A DNA stretch of 11,614 nt from Azolla caroliniana (GCA_043228905.1 JBHGNT010001144.1:1-11614), one strand, 5' to 3'. Shown: positions 1-7,418, counted from the first letter of the stretch. Numbers and translations: made by a program. Notes: generated by a model not told the origin, from the sequence alone.

Positions 1-627
1 ACTTACTCTAAAACACAGAAGGAGCATGATATACATGTCCAGAAAGTACTTCAATGCTTAAGAAAGTATGGTTTGTATGTCAAATTTGAGAAGTGCGGTT
101 TTGACAATGACCAAGTCGAATTCTTGGGTTATACTATTTCATCCAAGGGTATCTTCATGGATCTAGCAAAAGTCAAAACAATAATTGAATGGAAACCCCC
201 ACGTTTTGTTCGAGACGTCCAATGTTTCCTCAGATTTGCTAACTTCTATTGCAAATTCATATGGAATTATTCAAAGATCGTGTTGCCTCTCACCCAACTC
301 ACCAAGAAAAACGAAGCGTTTGTTTGGACTATTCAAGGGAAAGTTGATGCTCTCTCTCGACATTCATATCTCGCACCTTGACCTGGAGATCCGGCCTTCG
401 ACAATCAAAAGCAAATTTGCTTAGGACCATGAAAGCTACAAGGAACAACGGTTTATGCCACGCCACTTGATTCAAACCTTGTTGATATTATTTGGCAACA
501 ATTTCACCCTGACAATTTCACTAAGGATATCTTAGCCCACATTAGTCCAAGCCATGCATCTTGCTCCACATTGCAAGGGTCATCTCAACACTATCAAGAA
601 TTCAAGTGGCAAGATGCACTCTTGTTT
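1..627 (+). pseudogene. Gypsy pol remnant: RT C-terminal half, RNase H largely deleted, linker towards integrase
   Basis: Frame 1 reads TYSKTQKEHDIHVQKVLQCLRKYGLYVKFEKCGF...VEFLGYTIS...VQCFLRFANFYCKFI...PLTQLTKKNEAFVWT, fused directly to IQGKVDALSR (the RNase H end motif). It continues through TGA stops at 379 and 430 to EFKWQDALLF at 627. Confidence 0.92.
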
Positions 628-644
628 TTAGTAACACTTTTATT
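625..644 (-). terminator. LINE polyadenylation signal and residual poly(A) tail
   Basis: The minus strand reads AATAAAAGTGTTACTAAAAA at the exact junction with Gypsy coding sequence. Confidence 0.65.
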
Positions 645-710
645 ACTAGTGGGAAACCTCAAAGTGAGGTGAACAACCACAAAGAATAAAGAAAAATATA
701 CAAGTGCCGA

Positions 711-2263
711 TTAGACACTAAAGAGCTTAAAATCACTCAAAGTAAAGATTGTAAATTTGTAGTGTGATGTCTCTAAGTTGCAGACAATCAAATAGAGATT
801 GCCTGAGGGATTGCTTAAAAAAGCTAACTTCATGCAGTTGGTCTCAATCAAAGACCTTATTATTGCGGGCTTTCCAAATGCTCCATAGTGCCCAAAATCG
901 TGTCCATTGGAGAAAATAGGCATTGTTGGATAGGGCGCATGGAATTTTTCCAAATAGCCAAAAGTATTTACCAAACCTTTAGCTAGGAAATCTATGATAA
1001 AGAGATGCACTTAGTCTTTGTACAAATGTTGTAGTGAATGAGCAAGTCCATAATATGTGTGGGACCGTTTCCAATCGTCCACCACATCTTGCACAATGTC
1101 GTGAGGCTATCGATCTCTTTTGAAGATTCGACCCAGACGGGAGCACACCCTGTTGCTTAAGTGGAAGACTAGAGCTCCACAAGCTTGTAAGCCTGTTTTT
1201 CCATCAAGACTGCATTTTGTGTAGGTTCCATAATGCATTTGCATGTTCGTGAAACCATGGGACAGGTTGCAACATCATATACACTGAATGTGTTGTAATG
1301 TTATGCATTGGAATAACAATTTTCCTTTTTTTGTAACATCCAATCTTGAATCCTGCCATCTCCATTTAGAGGTGGCACAGGTACCAAGGAAAGTACCAAC
1401 TTTGTGACTTGATTCTAGATAACACGATGATGTGGCCCAAGACTATAACGAAATGTCATGTCATTGAAGTGCAATAAGTGACCTTGGTCATTTACCACAT
1501 CTGCAATTGATTTCAACCCCTTCTTTGCTAAAAAATAAGCTTTCTTAGGCTCTTGTTCAGATAGTGATTGTGGGAATATAGCACTCCAATGTAAGCTTTC
1601 GAGGCGTAAAGAGTTCCCTGATTCTGAATTCCTACCTCTCCATTTTATGTGGTGCAATACTTCCTTCTAGTGCTTTAGAAGCTTTGAGCTAAACGGACAA
1701 CCTTTGATGTGTCTGTCGAGCTTTCCAAACACTACATCCCAATGGTTAGTATCCCATGAACCAAACGACTTCGTTTTCAAATGATCAAACATATCAGATA
1801 GCATTTTTGTCCAAGGCAATGTTTTTTCAGCAAAATTTGGCAATAAAGTAGCTTTTCTAGGCAACATATGCAAATTCAAATTAAGAATATTTAGCCCTCC
1901 ACTCAATCGTGGAGTGCATATCTTCTCTAGTGATAGGAGTCCACCTTTATGCGATTGCTTAGAGCACCAAAAACTGTTTATGATTTCCGAGTTAATCTTT
2001 TGTATCATGTGTTTCTGTCAATCAATCATAATTAAGTAATACTGCATGTAAGCCATGAATATAGATTGCACTATCTGCAATCTGACATGGAGTGGCCATG
2101 TTGCAATCTTCCAATAGCCGCTTTTGTCTCACTTTTTGCAGAACCCATTCAACCTTTCTTTTCCCTGTTGCATTCCATCCCAATGGATAGCCAAGATGTC
2201 TAACCATTTCATTTGGGCTAACAACTTGACCTGGCCACAAAAGTTGATCCCAAGGTCGCACGA
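711..2263 (-). pseudogene. LINE ORF2 C-terminal part (end of RT, thumb/domain X, zf-RVT zinc knuckle), frameshifted
   Basis: RHLGYPLG (RT YLG-x-PL motif, ORF 2022-2261); SFW...SLEKICTPRLSGGLNILNL (W-x-x-vC-x-Pk-x-x-GGLg-i motif, ORF 1667-2008); CARCGGRLETVPHILWTC (CxxC...ETxxH...C, ORF 979-1182). Confidence 0.9.
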
Positions 2264-2883
2264 AACCCTAGTGTTGAGCATCACCTTCATTGACTACATC
2301 GAATCTAGTTAGAGTTATCTTCACATCTTCAGACAACTCAAGCACAACATAAGACCAATGCAGATCACTATCATCTTAAGTCTCCTTTTAAGCTTGGGAC
2401 TGAGTATGGTTGCTTCAACGTCACATCAAGACTACCCGACCATGTGTGAAGCTCGATTATCAGTGCTTAGGTCCTTTTCTCATCACAACGCGGATTAATG
2501 ATGCAACATTTCGTCTTAATCTTCCAGCACACATGCATATTCACCCAGTCTTTCATAGCTCTCTTTTGGAACATTGTTGCACCTCTTCCATTCCTAATCA
2601 CGTCGTGCCACCTCCGCCTTCTGTCGAACTTGTTAAGGGCCCCGAATATGAGGTTGTTGCTATTCTTGATTCTAAGATTGTGCACAATAAGCTCTATTAT
2701 TTGGTTGATTGGGTAGGCTATCCTCCAAGTGATTGCACTTGGGAACCCGTCAATAATGTTTCTAATGCTCAAGCTCTTGTCGACAACTTCCATCGTCGTT
2801 ATCCAAACAAACCGATCCCTACATTGTTAATGCTGACTTCCACTCGTCGTTCTCGGAGAGGAGATAGTGTCATGAATACATAA
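2264..2883 (+). pseudogene. Gypsy integrase C-terminus (GPY/F module) with chromodomain (2644-2805)
   Basis: NPSVEHHLH*LHRI*LELSSHLQTTQAQHKTNAD, a frameshift near 2398, then VWLLQRHIKTTRPCVKLDYQCLGPFLI...IHPVFHSSLLE and chromodomain EYEVVAILDSK...LYYLVDWVGYPPSDCTWEP...LVDNFHRRYP. Confidence 0.95.
2855..2867 (+). other. Polypurine tract (PPT) of the Gypsy element
   Basis: GGAGAGGAGATAG immediately precedes the LTR start TGTCA at 2868. Confidence 0.88.
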
Positions 2884-2889
2884 ACATCA

Positions 2890-2957
2890 TGGCTTCACCT
2901 GGGCTTGAACCCAAAACCTTGTAAGACATAATCAATAACCCAACCCTTAGGATAACC
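2890..2957 (-). other. Degenerate tRNA-derived (tRNA-Val-like) segment with Pol III B-box inside the LTR U3
   Basis: The minus strand reads GGTTATCCTAAGGGTTGGGTTATTGATTATGTCTTACAAGGTTTTGGGTTCAAGCCCAGGTGAAGCCA. It has a B-box GGTTCAAGCCC, a T-arm-like hairpin and a 3' end GAAGCCA. The Val assignment rests on a remembered plant tRNA-Val(AAC) sequence. Confidence 0.6.
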
Positions 2958-3018
2958 TATGGTCATATAAAATGATAAAAGCTAATTTTTGTAATATATT
3001 GATTATTGTAAATACTTT

Positions 3019-3089
3019 GGAACATTCTAGAATATCCTAGAACATCTTAGAATACTCTAGGTGTAGAACATTCTAGAACATTATGGAAA
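3019..3089 (+). promoter_or_regulatory. Heat-shock-element (nGAAn) array / 10-bp tandem repeat in LTR U3
   Basis: gGAAcaTTCtaGAAtaTCCtaGAAcaTCTtaGAAtaCTCt (3019-3058) and aGAAcaTTCtaGAAcaTTAtgGAAa (3065-3089). These include two perfect nGAAnnTTCnnGAAn units. Confidence 0.75.
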
Positions 3090-3113
3090 TCTTTAGGCTA
3101 TTCTATAGGAACC

Positions 3114-3121
3114 TATAAATA
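3114..3121 (+). promoter_or_regulatory. TATA box of the Gypsy LTR promoter
   Basis: TATAAATA in mid-LTR, 25 bp after the HSE array. Confidence 0.7.
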
Positions 3122-3311
3122 TAGACATACAATTATTCTCAAATCAATTCGAATCAACACTAGTCTTTAGCTCTCATTGCATATCTTGTATCCATTCTCT
3201 TTCTCTTTCTATCTTAATACACCCATTCTTCTCTTATCATTTCGTCCTTTTCTTCTCGTATTCTCTTTTATCCTTCTTTCATCGCTTTATCTTTTATTAT
3301 TGGTTCTGACA

Positions 3312-5036
3312 CGATGAAGCATCTGAGGTGTGTGAACCGGACCTGCATCATCCCTTGGTCAACAATCTATCTGACCGACACCAAGTTCTTGGTGATTGTC
3401 AGAACATGCAGGACCTTCATTAGTCTCCCCTTCTGTCCGACATGGCTCAGAGGGACATCATCGACATGCTCGATGGGATGTGAGGTGTTGTCACTGGTTT
3501 CGACAACCCCCGGTTGTTCTGGTTTCTCCAAATATGAGAACTACTCTTCGTGGCTCGTCATGTGGTTTGACGCTCTAGAATCAACATACCACACCTCGTT
3601 TGGTTTTGAGGTGCTTGTCTTCATCGAGTTACCCTTGTGCTTCATCACAAAGGTCAGGTCCTTTCCAGCTCCTTCCGAGACTTTGGCGTAGTGTGATCGT
3701 TCTTGATTTCCTTCTTCGGCTCTACTCGATCCGGATTTATTTAAATCAACCTTCTTTTTCCAGCACTCACTTTCTCTGTGGGCTTTCCGGTCACAATACC
3801 AACATTCCATCTCAACCTTCCCTTGCTAGTTTCCGGTGTTGCCATGACTCCCCCTACTTGTGGAGGGTCTGAAACTGTTGTCGGCATGTTGATTATGCCT
3901 CTGATTCTGCTCTTGTCAGCCGCCACCATTGCGTGCCGATCCGCCTTCGTGTACAACATCCAGTTGTCTGAATGTGTGCTCATTGACACACCTGTGTGGT
4001 TCTCTTCGACCATAAGCATCGATTGCAGGTCAAAAAATGATGGTGGCTTCTCCCTTGTGTAGATAGCCATCCGGGTCGACCCGTACCTCTGAGCTAGACC
4101 ACCGAGGCAAATCTATACCATTTTTTCCTTGTCCAAAGTCATATTGATGGACCCCAAGGCGTCGCAGATTTCCTTGATTTTGGTGGTGTAGTCAATCACC
4201 GTCATATCCCTCTATCAGATATTGTTGAGCTCTTTTCAAAGCTGCAACTTACGGGCCATTGTACTTGCGACGAAAATCTTCTTCAGATTTTCCCAGGCCT
4301 CCTTCGGCGTCTTTGCATCTCAAATGTAGTCAAGCATCTGGTTGTGCACACAAGACATAAGGTATTACAAGAATCTACTTGACACCTGCTCCCACGCCAT
4401 AAAATCCTTGAGTGCCGGTTCTAGTGCTACTTCGTTTTCTCCCTGGATGTGTTGTCCGTCGATGTTGTCTGCCGGACCTAACACTTAGACGAGTAGAATA
4501 TATTATTAGAAGCGTTAAAGAAACGCATGTAACGGTTCACGCTAGGAGCGTAACGGACTAAAAGCCCTGTGTATATAAAGGGTGGAAATCTTCTGTAAAG
4601 GGCTAGCGGGTATTTTAGGGAGCTACCTTTTGTAATACAATACTATCTTCTCTGATTCTCGTGTATGTGTCAGTCTTCTACTGCTTCGTTGTAGTATTCG
4701 GTTGGTAATTGTGGGCTAGTAAGTGTAGGGTAAGTGTGTATATGAGATCACGCACTGGTGAGCTTCGGTTGTAGCTGTCTCCCTTCACATCCAAACAATA
4801 AGCTCTGCTTTGTAAGCCTGTTACGCTTCGCGCACCTACATATCTATTCCTTGCACCGGAATCACCTTGAAGTCTACCTCGAAGGACTGAGAGTAGACAG
4901 TGTTCCTAATCAGTAACAGGATGTAACTCCAGTAACCATGCCAAAGTAGGTACTGGTGCATCTTGTACTCCCAAGACGCGTAGTTGCTTCTGTCCAACTT
5001 CTCGGTCGGAAGAGCACCACCCATTCCTTTGTCCAT
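3312..5036 (-). pseudogene. Copia gag-protease polyprotein remnant, split by a solo LTR, with multiple stops and frameshifts
   Basis: MDKGMGGALPTEKLDRSNYASWEYKMHQYL...YWSYI|QGENE...AKTPKEAWENLKKIF...MTVIDYTTKIKEICDALGSI...PSFFDLQSMLMVEE; CWYCDRKAHRESEC (CCHC); WYVDSRASNHMT (protease DSGAS motif); VLHVLTITKNLVSV. Confidence 0.93.
4450..4918. mobile_element. Solo LTR (469 bp) with 5-bp target-site duplication GGATG
   Basis: Termini are TGTT...AACA, with GGATG at 4445-4449 and 4919-4923. Removing the insert plus one TSD restores the gag frame W-S-Y-I-Q-G. TATATAAAG at 4572-4580 suggests + orientation. Confidence 0.92.
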
Positions 5037-5119
5037 TTTCTTCTTGTTTGTTCTTTTTTGGAGATTAGGGTTTTTCTGTATTGAACGCTTGTCAGCAGCA
5101 GTGGATTCTCAACCATCGC

Positions 5120-5131
5120 GCTCTGATACCA
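5120..5131 (-). other. Primer binding site complementary to initiator tRNA-Met
   Basis: Minus-strand TGGTATCAGAGC directly abuts the LTR end ...TTTACA. Confidence 0.95.
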
Positions 5132-5533
5132 TGTAAAGTTTCAAGTGTGGAAGCTAAATAGAACAGAATCGGCTCAGCCGGAAAGCAACAGAGAGAAAAA
5201 CTGAGAAAACAACGGAGATGAATAGTACGTGGGAGAGACAGAGAGAGCAGAAGACTGAAAAAATCTAATTCGAAATAATATTTCTTTGTACATACAAATG
5301 TGCTTAGAGAGCACTTTTATACAAGTTCACAAAGGACAGTCAGAAGTATTGACGAGTAATTCAATGCTCATAACTGAGCTACTGACACTAACTCCTAAAA
5401 ACATAATTGTCTACTAGGCTAGGAGCGTAGTCCTCTAACGGCCTATTGGCTCCCTGTGGATCCGGCTCACCGATCTGGGCCTAGCCGATTGGTCTTCATC
5501 CGATCCGGCCCATGTTGAGCTTGCTTCTCAACA
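5132..5533 (-). repeat. 5' LTR of the Copia element (402 bp)
   Basis: On the minus strand it starts TGTTGAGAAG (5533), has TATAAAA at 5321-5315 and a CT-rich leader, and ends TTTACA (5132) next to the PBS. Gypsy integrase sequence begins at 5534. Confidence 0.88.
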
Positions 5534-6391
5534 GTATTCAATTTTGGTAAACTTCATCACAAACTTTCATTGATAATTAGGTTAGGACATTATATTAGTA
5601 GTAGTCAATTGGTTTATGAAGATAATTTACTTCATTCCGTGTTCTAAAGCCATCTTAGGGATAAAAACAACACATTTTCTATTGACAAATGTGGTAAAAC
5701 TACATGGTCTTCTAGATGATATTTATTGGACTAAGGGGCACAATTCATTTCATGCTCTAAAAATAATCTTTTTCAAATTCTCGAACTTCAACCAAACTAT
5801 TATCTGCATTTCATCACCATGGTGATGGAAACACAAAATTGATAAATTAGGTTCTAGAACAATACAATACCTTTGTTATATGGTGATTTCTCAATAGAAT
5901 GATTGGTTCAAATTCGTACCACTTGCTGAATTTTCCTTTAACACTGTACTCTCTTAAATAAACAAAGACCCTTCTATGCTAATTATGGTTTACATCCATG
6001 ATTTGGTGTGGTATTCCCCCTAGCTCAACAAATCCCTTAGTGGAAGAACACGCGTATATCTTGAAATGTTGCTTGAGCTTACCCATGCCCAAGGAAAGCA
6101 CAACTCCTGTTTCAAGTTTGGCTTTTATGTCATCACATTGCAATGACATATCTTTATGCCTTGAAGTTTGAATACAAACATTTGGGCCCTTTCGGCATCG
6201 TGGACAAAATTGATCAAGTACCTTTCTGAATAGCCCTTCTAGAACATTTATGAATCCATGATTTCTTCCAAATGTTGCTTTTGGAGCCATACTATGCATC
6301 CACACTTCATCATCAAGAACATATTCGACCATTCCATATGGATTTCTGAATTTGAGATGATCACAAGGTTTAAGCAATCCTAGATTCAAAG
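5534..6391 (+). pseudogene. Older, heavily decayed Gypsy chromovirus integrase (core, GPF module, start of chromodomain)
   Basis: VNFITNF...DIILVVVNWFMKIIYFIPCSKAI (cf. MDFITDLP...ILVVVDRFTKMAHFIPC), VVKLHGLLDDI, VLEQY, NDWFKFVPLAEFSFN, PFYANYGLHP, LGPF, LLLEPY, V*AILDSK, with many frameshifts. Confidence 0.85.
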
Positions 6392-6399
6392 AAGATGTA

Positions 6400-6625
6400 C
6401 CGTTAACTCTGGTGCTTAGATGTGGAATTGGTGGCCTTCACATAGGCTAATATATCCTTAATGAGGTCATATTGAGATGTGTCCGCCCTTTTGCAACTAA
6501 CTTAACTTGTGTGGTAGGGTTAAGGCATTGGCACATCAACTTGTTTATGACATTGGCCTCTATCAATGATGACATCTAGAATGTCATAGCGATTCATATG
6601 TAGTCTGATGACCACATAATGCTCA
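6400..6625 (-). pseudogene. Probable decayed Gypsy-type aspartic protease remnant
   Basis: VVIRLHMNRYDILDVIIDRG, then after a frameshift ANVINKLMCQCL...HLNMT...PM. This resembles the D-V-l-i-DgGsgvNvi...c..Lg...l.Ma...PlG pattern of retropepsins. Confidence 0.45.
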
Positions 6626-7223
6626 CCTTTATGATGGTGATCATCCATCATTGGTGGCATTCTCCACCACAAAAGGTGGCATGCCCCATGTTGTCCAAAA
6701 CCATTAGTTATTATTGAGAATGACGTTCTTACACTATCATCCGCTTCAATTGGTGATATCATGTATTACCATTATCACTTGTGTGTTTAGGTGGTGATAG
6801 TCTTCCTATTGCTACCTTCGTGACACTTCATTGTTGTTATCGCCACTGTCATGTGATTGAATGTGTGACCCTATTGGCAATCAACATTTGACATCGTGAC
6901 CATATATGTCATCTCTGTTCAAAGTAGTGAGTTAGTTAGTTATATTTATGTGTGGTACGTGCGCCATCCTTGCAACGTGAGGATGGCCATTACATTCACA
7001 ACTTGTTTTGTACGTCTCAAGAGGGGCAACAAAACGGTGGAAAAAGCATGTACAAAAAAAACCACGATCTTGTCAACAAGTCATTCCTTAATGCTTTCAC
7101 ACATTTGATCATGGGGAACATGACATGATACACAGACACGAGGTTCACACCTCTCTAGCGCTTTTGAATCTTTGTTTCGAAAGGACTTCTCACCCAAGTT
7201 GGAGCAAGAATCATAACTGGGCA

Positions 7224-7231
7224 ACACGTGG
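7224..7231 (+). promoter_or_regulatory. G-box/ABRE-like motif upstream of the host gene
   Basis: ACACGTGG lies about 600 bp upstream of the ATG at 7821. The motif is short and its function is unproven. Confidence 0.3.
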
Positions 7232-7418
7232 GTCCATATCCCATGGATGGCCACTCCTTTTAAAGCTCAAAGGTAAGCGGGGTTTTTTTTTTCCATTCAC
7301 AGTTCAGATCATGGCATACAAACAAACGAAGATCTGAGCCGAGAATCCACAAGACAGGCGTTGGGGACAAGAATGATACGCTCATGACATGACAATCTGC
7401 ATGCTCTAACACATGTAC

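Larger units (their letters stand above)
625..2263 (-). mobile_element. 5'-truncated non-LTR retrotransposon (plant L1-clade LINE)
   Basis: Minus-strand ORF2 motifs, stop at 711-713, an ~80-nt 3' UTR, AATAAA at 644-639 and a short A5 tail at 629-625. Gypsy coding sequence stops at 627 and resumes at 2264. Confidence 0.88.
1..3311 (+). mobile_element. Ty3/Gypsy chromovirus LTR retrotransposon (Tcn1-like), 3' part, degenerate; contains a nested LINE
   Basis: Domain order is RT - (deleted RNase H) - integrase C-terminus - chromodomain - PPT - LTR (TGTCA...TGACA). The 5' part lies outside the window. Confidence 0.93.
2868..3311 (+). repeat. 3' LTR of the Gypsy chromovirus (444 bp)
   Basis: Starts TGTCATGAA after the PPT and ends TTCTGACA (terminal inverted repeat TGTCA/TGACA). 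It has a TATA box at 3114-3121 and a pyrimidine-rich R/U5. Copia coding sequence begins at 3312. Confidence 0.9.
3312..5533 (-). mobile_element. Ty1/Copia LTR retrotransposon, 5' part (LTR, PBS, gag, protease), interrupted at 3311 by the Gypsy element
   Basis: LTR TGTTGAG...TTTACA, PBS TGGTATCAGAGC, UBN2-type gag, CCHC knuckle and protease motif all occur in the correct order on the minus strand. Confidence 0.93.

Noticed and set aside
2467-2793. 108-aa antisense ORF and the overlapping +2498..2716 ORF
   Set aside because: These are shadow frames of the integrase/chromodomain sequence and have no independent motifs.
2890-2905. TGGCTTCACC... considered as the element's primer binding site
   Set aside because: It lies inside the 3' LTR after the PPT rather than just downstream of a 5' LTR, and it lacks the extra TGG complementary to a mature CCA tail.
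2890-2957. Functional tRNA gene
   Set aside because: The anticodon stem appears partly deleted and the D-arm/A-box is degenerate, so it is reported only as tRNA-derived.
3019-3089. Short periodic repeats considered as a CRISPR-like array
   Set aside because: The units are 10-bp head-to-tail repeats with no unique spacers, in a eukaryotic LTR context.
3314-4062. Several plus-strand ORFs (3314-3691, 3396-3578, 3600-3872, 3778-4062)
   Set aside because: They are antisense shadows of the Copia gag-protease.
1185-4822. 13-mer TTGTAAGCCTGTT shared by the LINE (1185-1197) and the solo LTR (4810-4822)
   Set aside because: It is an isolated match with no extension, in unrelated contexts, and is compatible with chance.
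5979-6389. 136-aa minus-strand ORF
   Set aside because: It is antisense to the decayed Gypsy integrase C-terminus and has no recognisable domain.
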